From an uncultured Methanosarcinales archaeon (lineage in GTDB: Archaea > Nanobdellota > Nanobdellia > Woesearchaeales > JACPBV01): a DNA stretch of 64,000 nt. Below the pieces are notes generated by a model. That model was not told the origin of the DNA, ran no database searches, and saw only the letters and a list, made by a program, of their open reading frames with translations. The translations under genes were made by a program, and so were the position numbers. This document shows, in pieces, positions 47,010 through 56,960 of this stretch (its first letter is position 1; each line of letters begins with the position of its first letter). The stretch covers positions 28,301 to 92,300 of the forward strand of contig CAZBLF010000001.1 in the NCBI GenBank assembly GCA_964492935.1, read 5' to 3'.

Positions 47010-47542
47010 AAACGGTTGTCAGAAAGGAACTTCTAGCGAAAAGAGATACTATCTCGGATGAGCATATTGCGGTGAGTAGTGCGGTGATTAAGGATAGTTT
47101 GTTTAGACATTCTGATTTTATTGATGCCGATAGGGTGATGTTTTATGTTTCTAAGAGTAAAGAGGTGGATACGCACGCGATGATTAGGAGTGCGTTAGTA
47201 GCTGGAAAAAAAGTGTGCGTGCCGGTGATGAAGGGTAAGGAGATTATTCCGGCTGCAATTGATTCTTTTAATGACATTGGAAGTAGGGATGCGTTTGGTG
47301 TAGAGGTTCCGAGTGAGGTTAAAGAGGTTGACAAAGCTGCAATTGATTTGGTGATCGTGCCGCTGGTTGCGTTTGATGAGCATCATCACAGGCTAGGATA
47401 TGGGAATGGGGCATACGATCGGTTTCTGGCGGATTATAAGGGTAGTACACTAGGGTTGGCGTATGGGTTTCAACGTGTTGAGACCATAGAGGTCGATGAT
47501 CGAGATGTTGCGTTAGATGGTGTAATTACGTCAGAGAACTAG
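47006..47542 (+). CDS. 5-formyltetrahydrofolate cyclo-ligase
   Basis: IVPLVAFD, RLGYGNGAYDR. Confidence 0.93.
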   Translation: MKTVVRKELLAKRDTISDEHIAVSSAVIKDSLFRHSDFIDADRVMFYVSKSKEVDTHAMIRSALVAGKKVCVPVMKGKEIIPAAIDSFNDIGSRDAFGVEVPSEVKEVDKAAIDLVIVPLVAFDEHHHRLGYGNGAYDRFLADYKGSTLGLAYGFQRVETIEVDDRDVALDGVITSEN

Positions 47543-47570
47543 TTCTGTCTTTGTTTGGTGACTGAAAAGA

Positions 47571-47693
47571 AAGTAATTAGTGTGTTCGAAATCCCGAGTC
47601 TTTATCACCTGGCCCTGTGGCCCGATGGCGCAACCCCTACGACGGTCAAGACTTTACCATTGAAGGATTTCGACCTTAGCACACTAGTTACTT
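47571..47693 (-). ncRNA. Candidate structured RNA, element B (same family as 6280-6406)
   Basis: 14-16 bp outer stem, TCGAAATC/GATTTCGA, AGTCTT/AAGACT, GCAACCC; minus-strand TATA at 47712-47719 and downstream T-run. Confidence 0.6.
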
Positions 47694-47797
47694 ACGAAAG
47701 AGAAGGTTTTTTATATAAATGAGTCATTCTTTCTTAATGCAGCAAACGCAACATATATTAATAACTTGTTCTCGTGTTTTGCCTGGGGGAAGAATCT

Positions 47798-49516
47798 ATG
47801 ACTAAATATATTGTAGTAGCAGGTGGAGTTATTTCCGGCGTCGGAAAAGGAGTAACTACTGCTTCTCTGGGAAAAATTTTGAAGGAGTATGGCTATAGTG
47901 TTACTGCTGTTAAGATTGACCCCTACATGAATTATGATGCTGGTACGTTGCGTCCAACCGAACACGGAGAGGTGTGGGTGACGGACGATGGCGGGGAGAT
48001 TGATCAGGATTTGGGTAATTATGAGCGATTTTTAGATATGGCTATTCCTAAGAGAAATAACTTGACGACGGGACAGATTTACAAGACGATTATTGACAAG
48101 GAAAGAGCAGGTGGTTACCTGGGCGAGACCGTTCAATTCATTCCGCACGTTCCGAATGAGATTAAACGTCGCGTTACGGAGGCTGCCGAAGGTTTTGATA
48201 TTTGCTTGATTGAGATTGGCGGTACGATTGGCGATTTTGAAAATATTGCTTACCTTTTCGCGATGAAATCGTTGGAAAGAGAGTTGGGAAAGGAAAATAT
48301 TACTTACATGCTTGTTACGTATCTGCCGATTCCTTCACATATTGAGGAGATGAAGACGAAACCTACGCAGCAGGCGATTCGATTGTTGAGTGAGAATGGA
48401 ATTTGGCCGGATTTTATTGTGTGTCGAGCGGCTCGGGCGTTAGATGATGTTCGAAAGGGAAAGATTGAGGTGATGGCGAACATTCCACTAGATCATATTA
48501 TTTCTGAGCCAGATATTGATACTATTTATCGTATTCCTTTAGATTTAGAAAAAGAGGAGATGGGGTTGAAGGTGCTGAAGCAGTTGCATTTGAAGCCAAA
48601 GCAGAAACCTAATTGGAAAAACTGGGAGAAACTGGTTGCTGGAATTACTGATCCTAAGAAAGAGGTTACGATTGGGATTGTTGGAAAGTATTTAGACATT
48701 GGCGATTACACGTTGGCTGATTCGTATATCTCTATTAATCAGGCTCTTGTGCATGTTGGGGCTGCGTTAGGTGTTAAGATTACGATTTTCTGGGTCGATA
48801 GTAAGGAATTTGAGCAGCACCCGGAGAAGGTGAAATCGATTGGTAACTATGATGGTATTATTGTTCCTGGTGGTTTTGGTACTTCGGGAATTGAAGGTAA
48901 GATTGCTGCGATTAAGTATGCACGAGAACATGATATTCCTTTCCTGGGTCTTTGTTATGGATTGCAGCTTGCGATTGTTGAATTTGCGCGGAATGTGTGC
49001 GGGATTAGTGGCGCACACACGGTCGAGGTTGAGGAAGGGTGTAGTGATCCGGTTATTGCTATACAAGAAAGTCAGCGTAAAATTGTTGAAGAGCGGAAAT
49101 ATGGTGGGACGATGAGATTGGGTGCGTATGCTGCGGTGCTGAAGAAGGGCTCGCAGGTTGCTGCATTGTATAAGGAAACGGATCGAGATGATAAAGATTC
49201 TAAACGTATTAAGGAATTGCAGAAAGAGGGAGATCAGGAGTTTAGAATTGGGATATTAGGCCATGGTTCTGTTGTGTTAGAAAGACATCGACACCGATAT
49301 GAGGTTAATCCGGAATATATTGATCGGATTGAGTCGAAAGGATTGATGTTTTCTGGTCATCACGAGCGTGAAGATGGTACTTTGTTGATGGAGTTCATTG
49401 AGTTGCCCTCTAATAAGTTTCATATTGGGACGCAGGCACATCCTGAATTTAAGAGTAATCTAGAGGATCCAGCACCGTTGTTCTTAGGGTTTATTGAAGC
49501 TGCACTGCGGAAGTAG
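47798..49516 (+). CDS. pyrG: CTP synthase
   Basis: GGVISGVGKG, KTKPTQ, GLCYGLQ, RHRHRYEVN, QAHPEF. Confidence 0.98.
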   Translation: MTKYIVVAGGVISGVGKGVTTASLGKILKEYGYSVTAVKIDPYMNYDAGTLRPTEHGEVWVTDDGGEIDQDLGNYERFLDMAIPKRNNLTTGQIYKTIIDKERAGGYLGETVQFIPHVPNEIKRRVTEAAEGFDICLIEIGGTIGDFENIAYLFAMKSLERELGKENITYMLVTYLPIPSHIEEMKTKPTQQAIRLLSENGIWPDFIVCRAARALDDVRKGKIEVMANIPLDHIISEPDIDTIYRIPLDLEKEEMGLKVLKQLHLKPKQKPNWKNWEKLVAGITDPKKEVTIGIVGKYLDIGDYTLADSYISINQALVHVGAALGVKITIFWVDSKEFEQHPEKVKSIGNYDGIIVPGGFGTSGIEGKIAAIKYAREHDIPFLGLCYGLQLAIVEFARNVCGISGAHTVEVEEGCSDPVIAIQESQRKIVEERKYGGTMRLGAYAAVLKKGSQVAALYKETDRDDKDSKRIKELQKEGDQEFRIGILGHGSVVLERHRHRYEVNPEYIDRIESKGLMFSGHHEREDGTLLMEFIELPSNKFHIGTQAHPEFKSNLEDPAPLFLGFIEAALRK

Positions 49517-49564
49517 TCCAAAAGTTTATTAATGGCTGGTTTTTCCTTCACAAAAGGGGAGTAG

Positions 49565-50728
49565 ATGGAAGAACATACTAAAGAAGAGCATTCTGATTCA
49601 GATTCGCATGAGGTGTCTCGTGAGGAATCTTCTGAGGAGACGGTTTCTGTTGTTGAGTCTTCTGAAAAGGTTTCTATTGACGTTTCTGAACCGATTGAAA
49701 AGGAATCTGTTGAGATGGAGGAGGAATCTTCTGAGCATGTTGAGAAAAAGCATGTTGAGCATGAGGTAAAGCATGTCGAGAAGAAAGAAGAGCATGTTCA
49801 TCATGAGAAAAAGCATCACGAATCTCGGAAATCGTTTGGTGAAGGAATTTTACACTTCTTTGATAAGAACTACAAGGTATTGATGATTATTCCGTTCTTG
49901 CTGTTATTTGTTGGTTTGGTGCTCGTTGGAGGTAAGATTGTTACCGATGGCACGTTTGTGGAGAAAGATGTTAGTTTGAAGGGTGGTGTTACGGTTACGG
50001 TTACTCCTAAACAAACTGTAGATGCATCTGCATTGGAACAGTTATTGTTGAGTCAGTATGTAGGTAATGATATTTCTATTCGCACGTTGCGAGGTCAGGG
50101 TGTTACTTCTCTTGCTATAAGCTCAGATATTGATGGAACGGAAAACGATGCGGTTGATGCGTTTCTCGCTGCTATTTCAGCAGGCATAGGCGAGGAGTTG
50201 ACGGATAATTATAGCGTTGAAATTATTGGATCTTCTTTGGGTGCGAGTTTCTTTAAGGAGACGTTGACTGCGTTATTTATTGCATTTATTCTAATGAGTT
50301 TGATTGTGTTTATTTACTTCAGGAGTTTTGTTCCGAGTATTGCTGTTATTTTAGCTGCGTTTAGTGATATTGTTGTGACGTTGGCTATTGTTAATGTGAT
50401 GGGGATGAAACTAGGTGCTGGAGGGATTGCTGCGTTTTTGATGCTGATTGGGTATTCGGTGGATACGGATATGTTGTTGACCACGCGTATGATTAAAAGA
50501 CGTGAAGGCAGTGCTTTTGAACGTGCAATTGGAGCATTTAAGACAGGGATGATGATGAACTTTACAACGATGGCCGGTATTGTGGCTGCATTATTCTTTG
50601 TGCAGAGCGAAACGATTCGGCAGATTTTGACGATTGTGTTGATTGGATTGTTGGTAGATATTGTGTTTACCTGGATTCAGAATGTTGGCATTTTACGGTG
50701 GCATCTTGATAGGAAGGTGAAACATTGA
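49565..50728 (+). CDS. secF: Protein translocase subunit SecF with acidic/His-rich N-tail
   Basis: LKGG, IGYSVDTDMLLT. Confidence 0.9.
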   Translation: MEEHTKEEHSDSDSHEVSREESSEETVSVVESSEKVSIDVSEPIEKESVEMEEESSEHVEKKHVEHEVKHVEKKEEHVHHEKKHHESRKSFGEGILHFFDKNYKVLMIIPFLLLFVGLVLVGGKIVTDGTFVEKDVSLKGGVTVTVTPKQTVDASALEQLLLSQYVGNDISIRTLRGQGVTSLAISSDIDGTENDAVDAFLAAISAGIGEELTDNYSVEIIGSSLGASFFKETLTALFIAFILMSLIVFIYFRSFVPSIAVILAAFSDIVVTLAIVNVMGMKLGAGGIAAFLMLIGYSVDTDMLLTTRMIKRREGSAFERAIGAFKTGMMMNFTTMAGIVAALFFVQSETIRQILTIVLIGLLVDIVFTWIQNVGILRWHLDRKVKH

Positions 50729-52452
50729 TGCGCGGTAGATTTGGCAAATTGTTCAAGAATCTGAGAGTGGTTGTGCTGATTATTTGTTTGATCTTGGCGA
50801 TTTCTGCCATTAGACCTAACCCATTACAGGAGGGTGTTGCTATTCGTACCATTCTTTCTAATTCATCGACTAACTTGGCAGGGATGCAGAGTCCGAAGCC
50901 GAATCTGCCGCCGATGTCACGGGAGATTGTAACAGCGATCAACAATAGAGATATTACTTCGGTAGAGGACTATGAGGAAGCTATTGGACTGGCTAGAATT
51001 AACACGAGTATGCAGATTCGAACGAATCAGGGATTGTATCGAGTTATTCCGAAAGAAGGCTTTATTCAGGTCGAGACAAATGAGACGGTTTTTGCGCAGG
51101 TAGCGGTTATTCGGGAGATTTTTGAGAATCAAAATGGCAGCATGATTGCGGTTAATAAGACCTTTAACGAGACGCAGGAGATTCCTAAGGTCATTGATGT
51201 GAGTTCCGGTATAGCAGATATTGGATTACGTGTGTATGATGCTCCGCTTTCGAATATTCGAAAGGGTTTGGACTTACAGGGTGGAACTCGAGTGATGTTG
51301 CAACCAGAAAAGAAGTTGAATGCAGAGGATATGGACAATTTGCTTGCCGTTATGAAAGAGCGGCTTAATGTCTATGGATTGAGTGATTTGGTCATTCGAG
51401 AGGCCGGTGATTTATCGGGTGGTCAATTTGTTTTAGTTGAGATTGCTGGTGCAACTGAAGAGGAAGTTAAGACGTTGTTGGCCCAGCAAGGTAAGTTTGA
51501 AGCTAGCATAAGTGGCCAGACCGTATTTAGTGGCGGTAAGGATATTACGTTTGTTTGTAGAAGTCCTGACTGTTCTGGTTTGGATCCTTCTCGCGGCTGT
51601 CAAGATTTAGGCGAGGGATGGTTCTGTAGATTTAGATTTTCGATTTCGATGACACCTGAAGCTGCTCAGCGACAGGCTGATGCTACTGCGAATCTCGAGG
51701 TTATTACTGAAAGTGGTTCACAATTTTTGAGTGAGGATATTGTACTGTATTTGGATGATCGAGAGGTTGATCGATTGCGGATTGGTGCTGAATTGAAAGG
51801 GAGCGCTGATACTGGTATTCAGATCTCCGGTTCTGGTGTAGGGGTTACGGAGCAGGAGGCTGCGGTTAACTCGTTACAGAACATGAAGCGGTTGCAGACT
51901 ATTATGATTACGGGGTCACTACCTTATAAATTGGATATTGTTAAGGTTGATTCGTTGTCTCCTTTGTTGGGACAGGACTTGTTGAATAATGCATTATTTA
52001 TTGGATTGATTGCTATTTTAGTTATTGCGTTATGTATCTATATTCGCTATCGTAAGTTGCAGGTGGTGATTCCTTTACTTATTACCTCGTTTTCGGAACT
52101 TATTATTTTGATGGGGGTTGCTGCTTTGATCGGCTGGAACATTGATTTGGCTGCGATTGCAGGTATTATTATAGCAATTGGAACGGGAGTGGATCATCAG
52201 ATTTTAATTACGGATGAGACGTTGAAGGGCGAGATTAAGCAGATCTTTAACTGGCGTGAGAGAATTAAGGGAGCGTTCTTCATTATCATGGGTGCTTATC
52301 TGACGACGTTAGCGGCGATGTTCCCGTTAGTGTTTGCGGGTGCAGGATTGCTGAAGGGATTCGCAATTATTACGATGATTGGTGTGAGTATCGGAGTCTT
52401 TATTACTCGGCCTGCGTATGCAGCAATGGTTGAGATTTTGTTAAAAGAATAA
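50728..52452 (+). CDS. secD: Protein translocase subunit SecD
   Basis: GLDLQGG, GSLP, IGTGVDHQI. Confidence 0.92.
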   Translation: MRGRFGKLFKNLRVVVLIICLILAISAIRPNPLQEGVAIRTILSNSSTNLAGMQSPKPNLPPMSREIVTAINNRDITSVEDYEEAIGLARINTSMQIRTNQGLYRVIPKEGFIQVETNETVFAQVAVIREIFENQNGSMIAVNKTFNETQEIPKVIDVSSGIADIGLRVYDAPLSNIRKGLDLQGGTRVMLQPEKKLNAEDMDNLLAVMKERLNVYGLSDLVIREAGDLSGGQFVLVEIAGATEEEVKTLLAQQGKFEASISGQTVFSGGKDITFVCRSPDCSGLDPSRGCQDLGEGWFCRFRFSISMTPEAAQRQADATANLEVITESGSQFLSEDIVLYLDDREVDRLRIGAELKGSADTGIQISGSGVGVTEQEAAVNSLQNMKRLQTIMITGSLPYKLDIVKVDSLSPLLGQDLLNNALFIGLIAILVIALCIYIRYRKLQVVIPLLITSFSELIILMGVAALIGWNIDLAAIAGIIIAIGTGVDHQILITDETLKGEIKQIFNWRERIKGAFFIIMGAYLTTLAAMFPLVFAGAGLLKGFAIITMIGVSIGVFITRPAYAAMVEILLKE

Positions 52453-52829
52453 TGATGGATCGAACTATAAAAGCAATTTTCTTGATGCTGATTACCACTC
52501 TTTTTACTTCTGTTGCTCAGGTTCTGTATAAATTTGGTGCTGCATCGCTTTCTTTTTCTTTTTCTGGGATTTTATTTAATTATTATTTAATTGGTGGTTT
52601 AGTGCTGTATGGGATTGGTGCGGTGATTATGATTATTGCCTTTCGGAGTGCTGATGTCTCTTTGTTATATCCAGTGATTGCTACGTCTTATATTTGGGTT
52701 TCCTTGCTATCGTTATGGTTATTTAATGAGACGGTGAGTCTTTTGCATTGGTTCGGTATTGTGGTGATCATTATGGGCGTTGTGTTCGTTGGGTTGGGTT
52801 CAAAAACGGAGGTTGCGCATGGCAACTGA
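52452..52829 (+). CDS. EamA/SMR-like small transporter
   Basis: 4 TM, VSLLYP, FNE. Confidence 0.85.
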   Translation: MMDRTIKAIFLMLITTLFTSVAQVLYKFGAASLSFSFSGILFNYYLIGGLVLYGIGAVIMIIAFRSADVSLLYPVIATSYIWVSLLSLWLFNETVSLLHWFGIVVIIMGVVFVGLGSKTEVAHGN

Positions 52830-53166
52830 GTTGTGGGCTATTGGTTTGGTGTTGCTGGCTGCCCTAGGGGGTTCGTTTGGCCCGATCTTTTTGAAAAAGG
52901 CGGCTGGTTCGATGCGGCTTCAGATTTCTAGCTTGTTGAATCCTAATTTACTGATTGGTTTGTTCTTTTATGGAATTGGTACGGTGCTCTTTATTCCTGC
53001 ATTGAAAGGTGGAGAATTATCTGTACTGTATCCGTTAATTTCTACGACCTATATTTGGGTTTCACTCTGGTCGATGCGGATGCTCGGCGAGAAAATGAAT
53101 TCTTTGAAATGGATCGGGGTTGCCTTGATTATGGGTGGCGTTTCGTTAATTGGATTGGGGATCTGA
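52819..53166 (+). CDS. EamA/SMR-like small transporter (partner)
   Basis: 4 TM, LSVLYP, LGE; SD GGAGGT. Confidence 0.85.
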   Translation: MATELWAIGLVLLAALGGSFGPIFLKKAAGSMRLQISSLLNPNLLIGLFFYGIGTVLFIPALKGGELSVLYPLISTTYIWVSLWSMRMLGEKMNSLKWIGVALIMGGVSLIGLGI

Positions 53167-53838
53167 GAAAATCACTTTCCAATATAATTGACGCATCTTC
53201 TTGAGTGTTTCAATTTCTCTTATGACTGCAGGATCATTCTTTTGCTCATTTACTGCTTCGACTCTAACTCTTTCCTCTTCTGTTGCTTCATCAAGTTCTA
53301 CATTGGCAAGTATGGATGTCCATCGAGAAATACCTCTTAGATTGTGTTCATCTTCTTTATCAGCTGATAACGCCTCACTTAAGGAGGAATAAGTAGCTCT
53401 GGCTACAGTATTTCTAAAGAATCTCTCTTGAAGATTGGGCATTACTTCTCCGGCAGTCTTTTCTTCAGAATGGTCTATTGCTATTTGCGCAGCATGGGTA
53501 AAGTAGTTAAATCTGCTGTCACGATAGTTTCGAAGGTGAGCCATTACCTCATTAAATGGTTCTTGATATTTTTCTTTTAATGGATGGGTTGCAATGAGGG
53601 CTGAGAAACCTTCCATCTCCTCAATTTCGAGTTGAATATGGTTTGCGTCTATGAATCCATTTCCTGTAACGGGAAGTCTATTTACTTCACGATCTTGTTG
53701 ACTTAACAATTTAAAACAACCTCCAATATCGTCTTTCTGGAGTTCTGCAAACGTTCTAGCTATCTCGAATTTTGTTGGAGTCGTGCGCTCATAGAGTGGC
53801 CAGAGGGCTCTCATGAAGTTTTCCATTTGATCAGTCAT
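53146..53838 (-). CDS. Hypothetical protein
   Basis: 230-aa helical ORF. Confidence 0.55.
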   Translation of the reverse strand: MTDQMENFMRALWPLYERTTPTKFEIARTFAELQKDDIGGCFKLLSQQDREVNRLPVTGNGFIDANHIQLEIEEMEGFSALIATHPLKEKYQEPFNEVMAHLRNYRDSRFNYFTHAAQIAIDHSEEKTAGEVMPNLQERFFRNTVARATYSSLSEALSADKEDEHNLRGISRWTSILANVELDEATEEERVRVEAVNEQKNDPAVIREIETLKKMRQLYWKVIFSDPQSN

Positions 53839-53872
53839 CCTGTTTAAGAACGTTTTTTTTATTTAAAAAACT

Positions 53873-54385
53873 TCACATATAATCTCTTAGTTTGTGCCTT
53901 CTATCTAGGTCCCAGAGCCAGACTAGTAAGATAATTGCGTCTAGGCCTTGGATTAGGGAGGGCCAGTTGAGCTTTCCTAATAAGTTTAGACCGTACTGGG
54001 CTTGGGAGAAGGGATAGAATAGGGGGACGAAGCCGGTGAGAATCCCATCTAGCAGTAGATGTGATGCGAAGCCGAAGGTGATGACTGCGAACAGGAGTGC
54101 TAGATTTTTCTTTTTGGAGAAATAGAGTAGGGCTAGGGTTATTGCTAATGTGGTTAGGGGCAGAAATAACGAATGGGTCATCGTTCGATGGAACCATTCT
54201 ACCTGAAATCCGAGAACATTTTTGAGGAGCCAGTATATTGGAATGTCGGCATCCGGAAGTAAACTGGCGACCCCACCAATAAAAATGTAATGCAGAGGCA
54301 GTTTTTTCTTGTCCTTTATCACGTATCCTCGAATGAGATCGAGTAGGATGATGGCAAACAGGACGTGAGCAACTGCCTGTGGCAT
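53873..54385 (-). CDS. Membrane metal-dependent hydrolase (YdjM-like)
   Basis: LLPDAD, HRTMTHS, SHLLLD. Confidence 0.88.
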   Translation of the reverse strand: MPQAVAHVLFAIILLDLIRGYVIKDKKKLPLHYIFIGGVASLLPDADIPIYWLLKNVLGFQVEWFHRTMTHSLFLPLTTLAITLALLYFSKKKNLALLFAVITFGFASHLLLDGILTGFVPLFYPFSQAQYGLNLLGKLNWPSLIQGLDAIILLVWLWDLDRRHKLRDYM

Positions 54386-54801
54386 TATCTCAGTTTCTTA
54401 AGCGCTCTTTTTGCTTTAGAGGAGGCTTTTTTAACCGCTTTCTTGCCCGTCTTTCTTGCTTTTTTAGCAGCACTTCCCATGATTTTCTTTCCTCGGGCGT
54501 GGGCTTTCTTTGCCGCTTGTTTTACCTTTACACTTCCGGCAACTTTTGCTTTTTTGACAGCCTTCTTAACTGTTTTCTTTGCGAGTTTAGATTGAGTCTT
54601 GATGTGTTTTTCTACAAGCTTTCTGAAGTTCTTTGCTTCCGCTTTTGCTTGCTTCGAGATGGAGGCTACGAGTTTTGTTGCTTCCTTCTTCGTTAGCACA
54701 CCCTTCTTAGTCGCATGCTTTGCGTATTTTCTAACTTCGGTGTGAGCTATAGATGCTACGCCAACCGCCGTTAACAATGCTTTTTTTATTTTTTTGTCCA
54801 T
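54385..54801 (-). CDS. Phasin-like protein with Lys/Ala-rich histone-H1-like tail
   Basis: IKKALLTAVG...KGVLTKKEA N-domain; repeated AKK/VKK. Confidence 0.6.
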   Translation of the reverse strand: MDKKIKKALLTAVGVASIAHTEVRKYAKHATKKGVLTKKEATKLVASISKQAKAEAKNFRKLVEKHIKTQSKLAKKTVKKAVKKAKVAGSVKVKQAAKKAHARGKKIMGSAAKKARKTGKKAVKKASSKAKRALKKLR

Positions 54802-54869
54802 TTCAAAACCTCCGGTTTAGTAATACTTTTCAAATCAAAGATTTGCAAAGCTTGATGGGCACCTCTTTT

Positions 54870-56519
54870 TTAGTTATTTCCTTCTTTAAGGATGGAACGT
54901 AATAATGCTAGACTTACGAGCAGTGCTAGCAGGAAGCTGATTAATGATGCAATGGGGAAGCCGCCCCATACGATGGTACCGATATCTTTGACGATTCCTC
55001 CTGTAATGAGGAGTGATGCTATGATGATGCTGAACGTCATGCGATTGCTACTGGTGTAGATGTCGGATCCCAGTCTTTTTACATCGGTATCATCGATGTC
55101 GACTTTGATTTTTCCTTGTTGAATCTTTTGGAAGGTGCTATTTATTTTATCCGGTAGGCTGGAGAAGAATCTTTTGTAGGCATACATATCTTTTTTGACG
55201 TTTTTGGCCATATTTTGCATATTGAAATCTTTCTTTATTAATCTTTCTGCGTAGGGTCTTGCAGTTTCTACCAGTTTGAAGTCGGGGACAAACTGAAGTC
55301 CTACGCCTTCGATCGTTAGGACGGTTTTTCCGAAGAGGACGAAATCAACTGGCATTCTGATGTTGTGGTGTAGGGCAATGTCCAGTACCTCTTCTAGGAT
55401 CAGGCTGATTTTTGCTTCTTTAAGCGTCTGTTGTTGAATGGGCTCGATGACTTTCTTTACATCGCCCTTGAAGAGTTCTTTATTCGTATTTTTACCATCC
55501 ATTAATCCCATGGCGAGAAAGACGTCACAGATGTAGTCCATGTCGTCGTTGATAACTCCATAAAATAACTCTATGCTCTTCTTTTTTAGTTGTTTATTGA
55601 AATAACCCACAATCCCGAAATCGACGAGCGCTATCTTGTTTCCCGGGAGTACCAAAATGTTTCCGGGGTGGGGGTCGCCATGGAAGAAGCCGTCCTCGAA
55701 GACTTGCTTTAAGGTCATCTCAAATCCGTTCTTGACTATCTTTTTGAGATTGTAACTTTTTTTGTTCTTGAGTTTGTGGAGTTGATGTAGTTCTACGCCG
55801 TCTATAAATTCAAGTGTCAATATGCGCTCACTTGAGAAGGTGTTGTATACTTTAGGGATAACGAGCGTTTTTACGTGTTTAGCATTTTTTCGAAACCTTT
55901 TTGCGTTTTGGGCTTCCTTCCTAAAGTCGAGCTCTCGTAGCGTCCATTCCTCGAATTCCTTGATGATGCCGATGGGTCGATACCTCTGAAGATTTTTGTA
56001 GTGTTTTTCGGCGTACTTTGCTAGAGCATACATGATTTCGATGTCGGTCTTCATCTGTTTCTGGATGCCGGGGCGTTGGACTTTGACTGCTACAATATCA
56101 TCATTAGGAAGCGTTGCTTTGTAGACTTGTGAGACGGATGCTGCTGCAATTGGTTTTTTGTTGAATTTTTTGAAAAGTTCTTTGAGTGATTTCTTGAGTT
56201 CTTTTTCGATTGTTTGTTTTGCGTCTTCATAAGGGAATTCGGGGACGTCATCTTGTAGATTGCTGAGTTCTCGTACATATTTCAGCGGGATGAGGTCGGG
56301 TCTTAAACTTAGAATCTGGCCGAGCTTGATGAATGTCGGTCCGAGTTGTTCTAATGTTCTTCGGAATCTTTCTTCAGGTTTTAATGGTAGTTTTGTTTCG
56401 CCTTTTGGTTGTAATGCTTTCGGTGTAATCTTTGTGAGATAATAACCGAATCCTTCTTTGATGAGAATTCCTACTATGGTTTTGAATCGTTTAAGATCTC
56501 TTAGTTTTTTGGTGTTCAT
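54870..56519 (-). CDS. AarF/UbiB (ABC1) atypical kinase
   Basis: GPTFIKLGQ, AAASVSQV, VAVKVQRPG, FHGDPHPGN, DFG. Confidence 0.94.
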   Translation of the reverse strand: MNTKKLRDLKRFKTIVGILIKEGFGYYLTKITPKALQPKGETKLPLKPEERFRRTLEQLGPTFIKLGQILSLRPDLIPLKYVRELSNLQDDVPEFPYEDAKQTIEKELKKSLKELFKKFNKKPIAAASVSQVYKATLPNDDIVAVKVQRPGIQKQMKTDIEIMYALAKYAEKHYKNLQRYRPIGIIKEFEEWTLRELDFRKEAQNAKRFRKNAKHVKTLVIPKVYNTFSSERILTLEFIDGVELHQLHKLKNKKSYNLKKIVKNGFEMTLKQVFEDGFFHGDPHPGNILVLPGNKIALVDFGIVGYFNKQLKKKSIELFYGVINDDMDYICDVFLAMGLMDGKNTNKELFKGDVKKVIEPIQQQTLKEAKISLILEEVLDIALHHNIRMPVDFVLFGKTVLTIEGVGLQFVPDFKLVETARPYAERLIKKDFNMQNMAKNVKKDMYAYKRFFSSLPDKINSTFQKIQQGKIKVDIDDTDVKRLGSDIYTSSNRMTFSIIIASLLITGGIVKDIGTIVWGGFPIASLISFLLALLVSLALLRSILKEGNN

Positions 56520-56815
56520 GTTTGTTCGTGAATCCAGGTATGATATGCTTCATTTGCTACGGCTGGAATGCTGAGAATGCAGGGGACGTCGTAAGAGTGT
56601 AATTTTTCAATTGCTTGTTCAATTGCTTTTTGGTGCTTGGATTGTGATTTGATTAGGATAGCAACTTCCTTTGCCTTTGTGTTCTTGTCTTTCCAGTTGA
56701 AGAACGAGTCGATGGCGAAGGCGTTGGTGCAGGCGGCTAGTTTGTTGTTTACTAGGTGGTTGCTTATCATTTTTGCCTCTTGATAATTCTTGCAGACTAC
56801 GTAAAGTAAGATCAT
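56516..56815 (-). CDS. cutA: Divalent cation tolerance protein CutA
   Basis: LAACTN, HSYDVPCI. Confidence 0.9.
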   Translation of the reverse strand: MILLYVVCKNYQEAKMISNHLVNNKLAACTNAFAIDSFFNWKDKNTKAKEVAILIKSQSKHQKAIEQAIEKLHSYDVPCILSIPAVANEAYHTWIHEQT

Positions 56816-56960
56816 AGCTGATTTTTGATTTCTTTGTATATTAACGTTTCGTCTTTGTAGTCACCGATACAAGATTAATCAACAGTAACATTTATAAAGC
56901 AACGGGAAATTCTCATAATAGTATTTTACACTCGATACATAAACAAAAGGTGATGATAAT

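Noticed and set aside
47654..47663. TTACCATTGA shared between element B and the nrdD promoter (28977-28986)
   Set aside because: A 10-nt AT-rich match is plausible by chance in 64 kb
47571..47693. 5S rRNA (123-nt length) or SRP RNA
   Set aside because: No CCGAAC loop C or three-way layout, and no SRP helix-8 motif
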